Source: Neophaeotheca triangularis
Lineage: Eukaryota
Reading direction: 5' to 3'
Length of the DNA: 64,000 bases
Assembly (NCBI GenBank): GCA_054600435.1
Contig: BAAIJX010000005.1
Span: 124,001 to 188,000 of the forward strand
Of the stretch, positions 12,001-22,848 are shown in pieces. A model generated the notes under the pieces. That model searched no databases. It worked only from the letters and a program-made list of their open reading frames with translations, and was not told where the DNA came from. A program made the translations under genes and the position numbers. Position 1 is the stretch's first letter. Each line of letters opens with the position of its first letter.

Positions 12001-13686
12001 ATGTCTGACATGAAGGCCTCCGTTACCGAGACCAAGGCTGGTTTCCACGTCGAGGGCTATGAGAAGATCGAGTACGACTTCACTTTCATGGACGGCGTCT
12101 TCAACAAGGAGAACCCCCAGCTCGCCGAGTGCTACCAGAGATGGCAGCGCTGCCTGGCAGTCATGGACTCCAACATCTTCGATGTCTACGGCAAGCAGAT
12201 GCAAGAGTACTTTGACCACCACAAGCTCGAGCTCAAGATCCACAAGACCATGATCGGAGAGAAGGCCAAGTCGGTCGAGACTCTCCTGAGCATCGTTGAC
12301 TCTATGAACGAGTTTGGTAAGTCCGCTCTACCTTCAACCCGGCTTAGGCATTGGAGCTAACAGCGGCAAAGGTATCTACAGGAAGGAACCGGTCCTAGTC
12401 GTTGGAGGCGGACTTGTTACGGATGTTGCTGGGTAATGAAACAAACCGCCAAAGATGACTTCAAGGCACTCTGGCTATCCATAAGCGGTTCCCATTGAAC
12501 CCAAAGGGAGCAGCGCTAACTTCTTCACAGCTTCGCATGCGCCTCGTACCGCCGCAACACCAACTACATTCGCATTCCTACCACCGTCATCGGCCTGATC
12601 GACGCCTCGGTGTCGATCAAGGTCGCTGTCAACTACGGCAACTACAAGAACCGCCTGGGGGCCTACCACGCGCCGATGCACACGTTCCTCGACTTCAGCT
12701 TCCTGCGCACTCTGCCCGAGGCCCAGATCAGGAACGGATTTGCGGAGCTCATCAAGATCTCCAGCTGCGCCCACCTGCCCACCTTCGACCGTTTGGACAA
12801 GTACTGCGAGCAGCTCATCGGCACCGCCTTTGGCCGCAGCGACGATGCCACTCAGGAAGTCCGTGAGGCCGCCGATCACATCAATCGCGACGGCATCTTT
12901 GAGATGTTGAAGCTCGAGACCCCAAACCTTCACGAAATTGGCCTTGACCGTGTCATCGCCTACGGCCACACGTAAGTATCCCAGTTGCATCTGCAAGCTT
13001 TCGCAACTAACACGGCTCAAAGCTGGTCCCCTATGCACGAGTTGGTTCCCGAGGTCCCTCTTCGCCACGGTCATGCCATCTCCATCGACATGGCCTACAG
13101 TGCCACCCTCGCCAACATGCGCGGCCTCCTCAGCGATGCCGAGCACAAGCGCATTCTTAACCTCTTCTCCCGTGCCGGCCTCAGCATGGACCACCCACAG
13201 TTTGACGAAGACGTTCTCGAGAAGGCCACCGCCGCCATTCTCAAGACACGCGACGGCAAGCTTCGCGCTGCTGTGCCCAACCCTCTCGGCTCCTGCGTCT
13301 TCTTGAACGACGTCAGCAATGACGAGATGGCCGCCGCCCTCCGCAAGCACAAGGAGATTTTGAAGGGCTACCCTCGCCAGGGCGCCGGTCTCGAGGCCTT
13401 TGTCGACGCTTCCGACACTGGCTACACCGTCAACAACAAGGCGGTCGAGAATGGCGTAAACGGCGTCAACGGCTCGGTCAAGCACTCCGTTCTCAACGAT
13501 GACGCCAAGGCCGGCCTCGCCAAGGGCGGTTTGGGCCAAAACGGCAACGTCGATGGCGTTACTGGCGAGCCGGCTCACGCTATCAACCACGCCTCCGGAC
13601 CTGAGGGTGTGGATGGCCCTACCGGTGCTAAGAAGGAGAACGGCATTCCCGTCAACGGGCTTGCAAATGGTGTGAACAACGCCTAA
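12001..13686 (+). CDS. mysA: Demethyl-4-deoxygadusol synthase (sedoheptulose-7-phosphate cyclase, DHQS-like; MysA); 4 exons (introns 12317-12371, 12433-12530, 12972-13022)
   Basis: [75 protein letters not shown] and HGHAISIDM are typical of DDGS. Confidence 0.93.
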
Positions 13687-14636
13687 GCAAGCCATTTCGG
13701 AAGAGCGTTGAGGAAAGATAGGATGATGATACATGAAAGGGAAAGAGAAGAGAAACTTAGAGGACGGAAGGGAGGGCGGTCTCTTGTGATTACACGGGAG
13801 GTTCTGGTCGACTCTCAAGTCCATCACAATACCCAAGCATAACAAGTATGCGCATCGAGAAGTGGCGGAAAAACACTATAACAATTCAATGGTTTTTGTA
13901 GGCGATTGACGCCTGCTCATAAGTCTTACTTTTTCGCCATCTGTCCTCCAACAAACGTGAGCACGTCGACCGGGCATAGCTTTGCTGTAGGTTGACTTTT
14001 ATTCGAAGTAGCTCAGCTTTGATAGGTTGAAGCGCCGGTACCTTCGGTCGAAGGGGAAGTAGGTATCTTGACAACGGACTGGTAATTTATCCCATGGTTG
14101 CGATAATCTAGGTAGGTGGGGAGTACAATTCTCCGGCGGCAGGAACGTTTTTCGAACCTCGGGCGTGGGGAAGCTTGGCTGGAGTTGGGACCTGAGTTGG
14201 AAGCTGGGAGCTGGGAGCTGTCCCGGTGTGGAGAGGCCTGTGCCCGCATGCCACGCGGGGAGAATCAGAAGGGACGGGAGCTCGAGTTGATCGTCGTGGG
14301 GGGGTTTTGGTGCCATGGTGGGGTCGGGTTTCTGTAGTTACCCAACGCTGCAAGCGATTTGCGAAGGAAACTCAAGAATGATGCTCCTCCACGCTCGTCG
14401 CCGGTGTCACTGTCTGCTCAATTGCATAGTATTCTTGTTCGAGTTGGGAGTTGTTGCAGACGGAGTTGGAAACCTCGTCCCTCATTGACGAAACCTAGCC
14501 TCCACGCATATACCAATCAGAGCATCATTCATCGCACGACTCCTTGACGTCAGAAAAGGGGCCCCTCAACTCCCTCCTTCTCAACCTAACCCTCCCAAGT
14601 ACTCAACCCCCAACCCCATCCCATTCCCACGCCACG

Positions 14637-15767
14637 ATGCCCCCAACTCTGCGCGCAGCAACAATCCACTCGGCCCCAACCTACCTCTCGCCCTCGCAAA
14701 CGACGCAAAAAGCAATCTCCCTCATCCACCAAGCCGCGCAACAAGGAAAAGCAAACCTAATCACCTTCCCCGAATCCTACCTCCCAGGCTTCCCCTTCTG
14801 GCCAGCCCTGCGCGCCCCGAGCGAAAACCACGCCCTCTTCCAGCGTTTCGTGCAAGCCTCCGTCTACGCCGATGGCGAGGAAATGCGCCTGATCCGACAA
14901 GCGGCGAGGCGCGAGGGCGTCATGGTGAGTCTTGGTTTCAGCGAGCGGAGCCGGTTCAGCGCCGGGTGTTTGTGGAACTCGAATGTTGTCATTGGCAGTC
15001 GTGGGCAGGTTTTGGCGCTGCATCGGAAGCTGGTGCCGACGTTTTTTGAAAAGTTGGTCTGGAGTGCTGGGGATGCGGCCGGGTTGAGGGTTGTCGAGGA
15101 TGCTGCTGCTGCTGCTGCCGTCGGTGCCGGGGCCGAGGCAAAGGGCCCAAGGGTCGGGGTGTTGGTTTGTGGTGAGAATACCAATCCGTTGGCGAGGTAT
15201 GCGCTTATGGCGCAGGCGGAGCAGGTGCATGTTAGTAGTTGGCCGGCTGTGTGGCCTACGAGGGCTTTGGGGGAGGGGGCGAGTGGGCGGAATTATGATA
15301 ATGTTGCTGCGAATAGGGTTAGGGCCGCGGCGCATTGTTTCGAGGCCAAGTGCTTTGGGGTGCTGTGTTCGGGGGTTTTGGATCGGGAGGCTGTGAGGGT
15401 TGTTAGCGAGGGTGCGAGGGATGAGGAGGGGGTAAGGAGGACGCTGGAGGCTTCGCCGAGAGGGGCGAGTATGTTTCTCGATCCCACTGGGGCTTTGTTG
15501 AAGGGGTTTACGCTTGATGGGGAGGGCGGGAAGAGGGAGGTGGAGTTTTTGCAGCATGAGGAGGGGATTTTGTACGCGGATATGGATTTGGAGGAGTGTA
15601 TCGAGGGCAAGCAGTATCATGATGTTGTTGGAGGGTATCAGAGGCTGGATGTTTTTGATCTGAAGGTCCGCAGGGAGAGGAGGGAGCCTGTGACTTTTGT
15701 TGACGATTTGGGATCGGATGGAGAGACTGCGCAATCATTGGATGGTTTGGACGAGCCTGTACGTTGA
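14637..15767 (+). CDS. Nitrilase (carbon-nitrogen hydrolase superfamily), intronless
   Basis: Catalytic triad motifs FPES, HRKLVPTFFEKL and CGENTNPLAR. C-terminal KQYHDVVGGYQRLDVF. First ATG at 14637. Confidence 0.9.
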   Translation: MPPTLRAATIHSAPTYLSPSQTTQKAISLIHQAAQQGKANLITFPESYLPGFPFWPALRAPSENHALFQRFVQASVYADGEEMRLIRQAARREGVMVSLGFSERSRFSAGCLWNSNVVIGSRGQVLALHRKLVPTFFEKLVWSAGDAAGLRVVEDAAAAAAVGAGAEAKGPRVGVLVCGENTNPLARYALMAQAEQVHVSSWPAVWPTRALGEGASGRNYDNVAANRVRAAAHCFEAKCFGVLCSGVLDREAVRVVSEGARDEEGVRRTLEASPRGASMFLDPTGALLKGFTLDGEGGKREVEFLQHEEGILYADMDLEECIEGKQYHDVVGGYQRLDVFDLKVRRERREPVTFVDDLGSDGETAQSLDGLDEPVR

Positions 15768-17613
15768 AGGGGCAAGCCGCCCCGGATCAGATCGAGTGAG
15801 GCTGGCTGGTGTTGATGCGATTAGGTGCTGTTGCAGTAGGTCGCCCATAGTGCCAGACTCTTGAGATGGAAAGCTGTCAGTCCTAATGTGATGAGCGTGA
15901 TCGCATTGGCGGCCGGTAGAGAGTTTCGAGATCGTATACAGATGATCTAGGCTACCTAACTGTTATGTATTGTAAGCAATCGCCACTCCGAGTCGCACGA
16001 CCATCGACCATCGCAACGCTAGCGGCTATGGGCAACGAGAATCGACGCAAGTGACTCGCCGGAGACACAGAGTTGGGGGTGCAGAATGCAACGGGCGTGG
16101 CGAGAGCTTCTGTCTCGGGCGGCTTCTTGTCGTCCCACGTCTTTCTCTCACCACCAAAACCCACCCAGGCGAAAACGTCCTCAGACTAGCGCCTACTTGC
16201 ATGGGGCCAATGAGAATGCCGGGTTTGAGCGTGTAGCCCAGTCGCTCGCTGGGGAGAAGCAACTTGAAAATTTAGCAGAGCGCGAGCATGTCCCTGGCGA
16301 CTTGCAATAATGTCCAGAATGGCAGATGGAATTGCAACTAGATCCGCATCTGGCTCGCCGCGAGGAGGCCGTCGTGTCGCTCTGGACTTCAAATCAGCTT
16401 GTCCCCGGTGGCACAAAGCTGACCATACAACCATACTAGGAGGGAGGTATATGAATGGGGATCTCAACCAATAAAACACTTGTTTCAGTTGTAGAGCTTC
16501 ATCTCATCTTTTCCTTGGTCTGGCGAATCATGAAGCCGAGAAGCGCATGGGTTTGTCTATTGGCTGTTGTGTATGAATATTATCTGTTTATAAAATTGCA
16601 TAAATAACTCGAAAATCTGAGCTCCTCCTTTCCTTGCCGGCCGAGGTATGTAGCAGGGCCGTCGATTGTCAACAATACAATAAGTACCTCCTTGGACCTA
16701 TTTCAAATGGTACAGGAGGTAGTGCTGGAAGATATGTTTCGAACACTCTATTACTACTACTGCTGCGACTACTACCACTCTTTTCTCTCCCGAACATCGA
16801 CTTCTCAAAATTACCGTCCAGGAAATATTTTTATTCGCTAGTCGCCGATGAAGGTTGCACGGCTCCTGCCCTCCACTCCCGTTCCGAGCCCCTAATCCAA
16901 ACTAAAAGCCAACGGCCGGCCATCTTCATCATACCCATCAGTGATCACACTAATAACTTACCACCACCCACCCGCTACCACAGACCAACACGCTGGCAGG
17001 GGAGGGGAGGCTCGGAGGAAGTAGATCGCCCTGTTCGTCTCCTAAACCATCACCTGGTCAGAGCGAGCCACATTCCCTCACCGTATTCTTCTTCTCGCTC
17101 CGCCTGTGGCATCACAAGTGATTGGTTTCTTTGTCCGTGATAACTACCTTACGAGTAGGTACAGCTACACGGCTCGATACAATAATATTACCAATTGTTT
17201 CAGACAAGCATACCATATCTCAACGGCACATCACGCCAAACTCCTCTCGCTTATTGCTTCCGGACCTACTGCACATCTGAACCAACGACCGCGCATTGGG
17301 CGGCGACTGGGGTCTGGTCGCGGTCCTGCGTCACCCTAAGCCTCCGTCTTAGATTTCTTCTCTCCCACCTTCTCGGTCGTTGCGAACAGACGACACACCT
17401 AATCTCGGAGCCTAAAGCCGGGTACGACGAGGATCAAGCACCTTCGTAGCTACTTGTCTTCGTTCAAACCGTTCTTGACATGAGAACCGGGGCCGTGGAG
17501 AACTGCTGAAGACTGCCGGGAGTCGGGGGGACCTTGCGGTTTGCTGCAGCACGGCTCGTTTGGTTCGGAAACACGCCCGGTGTTACACAGCGCGTTACAC
17601 GATACACAGTTCA

Positions 17614-20600
17614 ATGTCGATGACCATGACGACGACAGCACAACGTCCGTCTAGGCCTCCTCTAGCCGCCCCTCCATCTGGCCCTCTACCTGCGCTACCC
17701 AAACCTCGAAAAGTCCTTTCAGATATACCGGATGCGCCAGAGTCAAGACCGGGCTCTCCAGCGGGTACTTCATCCCTTCCAACGCCGACTTCGAAACTCC
17801 CGTCACGATCAGTATCCTCTCATTCGACCCCAAAGCCCGCTCATGCACAGTCAACACCTTCCGTACCTACGCTTAGAACGTCGGATGCTTCACCTACACC
17901 CTCAGCGTTACCCACGCCTGGGAAAAGTCTGAGGAAGACGACGAGTATCGGCCAGTTTCCCTTACCACCCAAGGGAACGCCTCGAACGAGTTTACCACCT
18001 AGTCCGCTATCCACTACGACGTCTCTATCAGACGCCAACGGTCAGGCCGCCAGCAGACGGGACTCAGGCAGGCAAGGTAGTGCGGACAGTGGTACGAAGA
18101 AATTGCGAGGCAAGAGCTCGGGGTATGGATCGCGAGCACGAGCTTCACTTGGAGGCGCCGCAGTTGCCGGCACTACAGGCTCGCCCAGCTTGACAAATGG
18201 CACGGGTGAGAGCAATTTCATCTCAAGCGCTGCAGGCGCAAGAGGGTCGGAAAGCTTGCTGAGCCTCCCCTCTCCGCCGCAGAGCAGAAGCCCTTCTGTT
18301 GACGGCTCGTATATGACAGACGGCACCGCATTCGAGGACGTTGGTGAAGATGTGGATCGCGGTAGACCAGAGAGCCAGGACACAGTATCGGATTTGAGGC
18401 GTAATTCTGGCGACAAAGACAACAAGGGCAATGTTCTGGTGAGCGTGCGTGTGAGGCCAGATGCGGGAGGTTCAGAAAGTTCGCGAGCGGAAGGCGAATG
18501 GATGGTGGATGGGAGACGGTCCTTGGTGACATACAGGGGCAAGGAAGGGGGAGATTATCGATACGGTAGGTTGCCCAGAACGGATTTCTTCGGGACGCAT
18601 GCTAATTACTTTCCAGATAACGTCTTCTCGCCTCACGATCAGAACTCGCGAGTCTACGATAGTGCGGCGAAGAGACTGGTACGCCGAGTCATGGAAGGCT
18701 ACCACGGTACAGTCTTCGCATACGGCATGACTGGCACCGGAAAGACCTTCTCGATGCAGGGCACGGCTAATTCACCAGGTGTGATACCTCTGGCCATTAC
18801 GGATATTTTCTCTTATATCCGCGAAAACCCTAGTCGAGAGTTCTTACTGCGCGTGAGCTACCTGGAGATTTACAACGAGAAAATTTACGACCTGCTCAGC
18901 CAGAGTACCCCGGGACAGTTGCAACAAGAGGAGATCAAGCTGCGGGAGGACAGCAAGAGGGGAGTCTATGCGACGCCGCTCAAAGAAGAGATTGTCCAAT
19001 CGCCGAATCAACTGTTGAGGGTGATAGCGCGCGGTGATCTTGCGAGAAGGACGGGCAGTACACAGTTCAACGCCCGCTCTTCGCGATCTCACGCGGTCGT
19101 ACAAATCGTCGTCGAGTCAAGGGAAAGGGCGCCCAGCCATGGTGGGTATTACGAGAAAGATGTTCGACGAAATGACTCAATCATGCCGGGAGGCGTTTTG
19201 GTATCTACCCTCTCGCTGATCGATCTTGCTGGATCTGAGCGGGCTGCAGAAAACAAGGAGCGACGGACGGAAGGGGCGCATATCAATAAATCCCTACTCA
19301 CTCTAGGCACGGTCATCGGCCGCCTAGCCGGGGAAGAGGACAAGGCTGAGACAGGAAGATTGGTGGACAAAGAGAAGAATTTGAAGCACTTACCCTACCG
19401 TGACAGCAAGCTCACCAGGCTCCTGCAACCAGCGCTGTCGGGCGACTCGCTCGTATCGATTCTCTGCACGATTCAGCTCTCAGAAGCTGGCAGCGCCGCA
19501 GCCGCGACCTCGCACACAGGCGAGACTCTGAACACTCTCAAGTTTGCAAGTCGAGCGAAGAATAATATTGTCAGCCACGCGAAACGGAACGAATCTAATG
19601 CGGCCGGTGGAGACGCTGGCAGCCGAGCACTCCTTGATAGATACCGTTTCGAGATTCAAGAGCTACGATCACAGCTCGAGCAGCAGAACAGGGCCAAAGA
19701 GGAGGCGGAACGGCACGAGGAGATACAGCGGGATCGTGAGCGTGAGGAAGAACTTGAGCGGCAAGAGCGGACACGGCATGAAGAGCAGATGCTCGAAATG
19801 CAGCTCGCTCGCACGGCACTAAAGGAGCGGATTGGCCATCTGAATCGGTTGATATTGTCTTCAAAGTCTTTGGGCGTAAACTCCGGTCGCTTCTCCAGTG
19901 CGAGCAATGTTCCATTGGAAAGAACGAGCACTGCGAGCGCGAACGATAGGTATGGGCGGCCCGTTAGCGCCAGAAGTCGCGATAGTATGGCGAGCCTGGG
20001 ACGAAGAGCGAGTACGCAAACTCTCGAAGTACCTCTTGCCGATAGCAACCGCAGCTCTGGTCGGACTGTCTCTGGCGGATCGATTACTATGGGTACTCTC
20101 CCGGCATCCCAGATGGTACAAATGGTGGAAGAGGGTGCGGTTGACGACGAAGAGCAAGAATCAGCCGGTGACGATGGCGAAGGCCACGCTAGTCTCGCAC
20201 AACAAAATCGTGCCCTGCAAGCCGACCTCACAGACAAGAACCGATACATTGCTACACTGGAGAAGCGGCTATTGCAAGCACGAAGGGCGAGCCGGAGCAA
20301 AGTCGGCAATCATCTGTTAATACCAAGCATGTCAGGCGAAGAAAGCCCCCTCGAACTTCTGGTGGAGGAGAAAGATCGCGAAATAGAAGATTTGCGTGCT
20401 AGGCTTGACGACCAGACGCGCATGGTGTCGGCTCTACGAAGTGCGGCACGCAAAATCGACGCCTTTGACCACCGCAAACCCTACGCGAATGAAAGCGAAG
20501 CCAGACCAGCAACCGCCCAAGACAGCGTGCACGCAGAGCCTGCACCTGGCGCTGGTCCCTCCAACGAAACGACTAGCAATAGCAGCTTCACCGCCCACAC

Positions 20601-21192
20601 CCGCGAGCCCTCGCGCCCCACCAGTTCCCGCGCCTCCTACCGCACAAGCACTAACAACAACAATAACAACCAACTAGGTGCCCGCTCCGTCGGTCTCGCA
20701 CGCACAAGCAGCTCAGACCACGCCTCCCCGCCCCCAACGAGCCACCGCTCAAACCCCTCGACGACCTCCCGCAGCTCCTCCAGCGTTGTCAATTTTTCCA
20801 AAACTCCCCTCAGCCCGATCGCGCTCCTCGGACCCAGCGAAGACGCCACCTCGTCATCCAACTCCCATTACCACCACCATCACCATTACCACCACCGCCC
20901 CGAAAGTGACCGCACGTCAGGCAGTCCGCGCAAGAAGAAACCCAGCAGTGCAGCAAACGGCTCAACAGCTGCGACCCGCCGGAAAAGCGTAGATGAGATG
21001 ACTATGCTGCTCGACCAGATGATTTCGGAGAAAGTGGAGAGTGGCCAGGTTTTGCGCGGTGATCGGGGGAGTTTGAGGGTTAAGCGGGATACTGTCATGG
21101 AGAGGGGGGAGAGTGAGAGGGAGGGGGTGAAGCAGCAGCAGCAGCAGCAGGTGGGAGGTGCAGCGGAGGCTGGGAGGGAGCGGACGGGGTGA
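17614..21192 (+). CDS. KIP2: Kinesin-7 family motor (Kip2/KipA/Tea2-like); 51-nt in-frame intron 18566-18616
   Basis: VSVRVRP, P-loop AYGMTGTGKTFSM, VSYLEIYNE, NARSSRSH, LIDLAGSE and HLPYRDSKLTRLLQ. Long S/P-rich N-terminus and a coiled-coil C-terminal region. Confidence 0.92.
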   Translation: MSMTMTTTAQRPSRPPLAAPPSGPLPALPKPRKVLSDIPDAPESRPGSPAGTSSLPTPTSKLPSRSVSSHSTPKPAHAQSTPSVPTLRTSDASPTPSALPTPGKSLRKTTSIGQFPLPPKGTPRTSLPPSPLSTTTSLSDANGQAASRRDSGRQGSADSGTKKLRGKSSGYGSRARASLGGAAVAGTTGSPSLTNGTGESNFISSAAGARGSESLLSLPSPPQSRSPSVDGSYMTDGTAFEDVGEDVDRGRPESQDTVSDLRRNSGDKDNKGNVLVSVRVRPDAGGSESSRAEGEWMVDGRRSLVTYRGKEGGDYRYGRLPRTDFFGTHANYFPDNVFSPHDQNSRVYDSAAKRLVRRVMEGYHGTVFAYGMTGTGKTFSMQGTANSPGVIPLAITDIFSYIRENPSREFLLRVSYLEIYNEKIYDLLSQSTPGQLQQEEIKLREDSKRGVYATPLKEEIVQSPNQLLRVIARGDLARRTGSTQFNARSSRSHAVVQIVVESRERAPSHGGYYEKDVRRNDSIMPGGVLVSTLSLIDLAGSERAAENKERRTEGAHINKSLLTLGTVIGRLAGEEDKAETGRLVDKEKNLKHLPYRDSKLTRLLQPALSGDSLVSILCTIQLSEAGSAAAATSHTGETLNTLKFASRAKNNIVSHAKRNESNAAGGDAGSRALLDRYRFEIQELRSQLEQQNRAKEEAERHEEIQRDREREEELERQERTRHEEQMLEMQLARTALKERIGHLNRLILSSKSLGVNSGRFSSASNVPLERTSTASANDRYGRPVSARSRDSMASLGRRASTQTLEVPLADSNRSSGRTVSGGSITMGTLPASQMVQMVEEGAVDDEEQESAGDDGEGHASLAQQNRALQADLTDKNRYIATLEKRLLQARRASRSKVGNHLLIPSMSGEESPLELLVEEKDREIEDLRARLDDQTRMVSALRSAARKIDAFDHRKPYANESEARPATAQDSVHAEPAPGAGPSNETTSNSSFTAHTREPSRPTSSRASYRTSTNNNNNNQLGARSVGLARTSSSDHASPPPTSHRSNPSTTSRSSSSVVNFSKTPLSPIALLGPSEDATSSSNSHYHHHHHYHHRPESDRTSGSPRKKKPSSAANGSTAATRRKSVDEMTMLLDQMISEKVESGQVLRGDRGSLRVKRDTVMERGESEREGVKQQQQQQVGGAAEAGRERTG

Positions 21193-22266
21193 GGGGCTGT
21201 TTGCTGGGTAGAGGGGGACTGATGGGACGGCGCTCGGGTATTGATATTTGACGTGCACCCTTTTTTGGACGGAGCTTGAGATGCGTACGTGTGTGCGTGT
21301 GTGTGTGCGTGCATGCGTGCTTTCTTTCTTTTTTTCATTTCTTCCTTTTCTGTCGAGCGGCGACTACGCGATACCCTTTTCCTGTTCTTGTTACCTTTTT
21401 TCTTTTTAAGCTAGCTAGCGACATGACGAATGGCGACGACTGCTTTGGGGGGTTTTGGGGGAAATCACATGGCCGGCTTGGGTCTAGATGGGAGGTACTG
21501 TGGTCTTAGTGAAAGAGTGAGTGCAGGGAGGTTATTAAGAGGAGTGCAACCAAATCGTCCTTGCTGCGTGCGTGGGCGGCTGGGAAGTCCTACTATCTGC
21601 TTTACCTAACCTACCTACCTTTACCCACCTGTACCTACCTCCTCACGCTACTCTCTCCTGCTTTCAACTTACCCATTTAAAAAAAGGCATGGGTCGATGG
21701 CGTTTTCTTCAGCAAAGGGCAAAGACAGGTCATGTAGCATTGTGGCTGGGGGGATGTATCTAATGCCGCGCGTGTTCTATACAGCCAGCTACTTGCTCTG
21801 TGCTCTTCAACGCAGCGAAAAGAGCTTCTTCTTGTATTTGGAGCTACTGAGTCGTACCGTAGGCGGTCAGTAGCCACCTCGTGAAGGAGCCGTCAAGAAT
21901 GTTTATGGCGATTTCAGGGATCGCAAACTTTTGACAGCGCTCGCGGCGCATTTGGTATTGTGATCTCTGGCGGCGGTGGCTCCATACCGACATGAATTGC
22001 TTGTTCTGTTCCTCTCGCTTTGATTCGACTAGGCAAGCCTCCGTTTTTTATACCCGCCGCGACTAGCACAAAAGCCTCCAGCTCCTGCATTTACGCCACG
22101 TTCTGTGTCCAATGTCGCACCGTATCCCGTCATTTGTCCAACGCCCATAGCGCCATCTGTTCTGCAACCTCGAAAGTCTTGAAGGGTATCGCACGCCAAA
22201 ATCTCTCACTCAGCCCATCCCAAGGCACCCACCTCAACTCTCAGCTCAGACCCAGTCATCGGTCCC

Positions 22267-22848
22267 TCAAGTAAAAGCCCTAGCAATACTGAGCAAACTG
22301 CCCGCATTATCCATCCATCCGCCGCTTCCGCCTCCACTGCCAAACAATCCCCCCAATCCGGAACTACCACCAAAACTCGACCCCCCAAACCCAGCGCTAC
22401 TCCCGCCCGCCAAACCCATAGGCAAACGAATCCCAAACTGGCTCAACAAGCCGGACAAGGCACCACCAGCAGAAATCAAAGGCACCACAACAGCAAAAAA
22501 AGCCTTGACCGGATGCTTCCGAGCATAATACCACAGCTCCTTGATCATGCGCTGCAGCCGATGCAGCAAATACTGGATATACCCGTCACGCGGCCGGCGC
22601 TTGTAATAGCTGCTGCCGGATTTCGACGACGAGCCGCCGAAGAAACTGCTGCTGCCGCCCCAACCACCGCCGTTGTTCCGCGACGAGCTGCTTCCGAAGA
22701 AGCTCGCGCTGCTGCGCGTGTGTGAGGGGCGTGTGTAGTAGCCGCCGCTGCTGCGTGTGCTGCGCGCTGACGGCGAGTGCGCGGTCCGGCCTTGGTAGGA
22801 GTAGGAGCGCGTGCTGCCGACGGCGCTGGTGCCGTCGAAGAGGCCCAT
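22267..22848 (-). CDS. Small Ser/Gly-rich hypothetical protein with one hydrophobic segment
   Basis: ATG-initiated 193-aa ORF with a structured core KRRPRDGYIQYLLHRLQRMIKELWYYARKHPVKAFFAVVVPLI. TATA-like ATATAA upstream on the minus strand. Confidence 0.7.
   Translation of the reverse strand: MGLFDGTSAVGSTRSYSYQGRTAHSPSARSTRSSGGYYTRPSHTRSSASFFGSSSSRNNGGGWGGSSSFFGGSSSKSGSSYYKRRPRDGYIQYLLHRLQRMIKELWYYARKHPVKAFFAVVVPLISAGGALSGLLSQFGIRLPMGLAGGSSAGFGGSSFGGSSGLGGLFGSGGGSGGWMDNAGSLLSIARAFT

Noticed and set aside
12475..13845. 456-aa minus-strand ORF overlapping DDGS, and similar long antisense ORFs at 14757-15734, 60588-61505 and 4430-5161
   Set aside because: These are antisense shadows of codon-biased real genes with no recognisable motifs.
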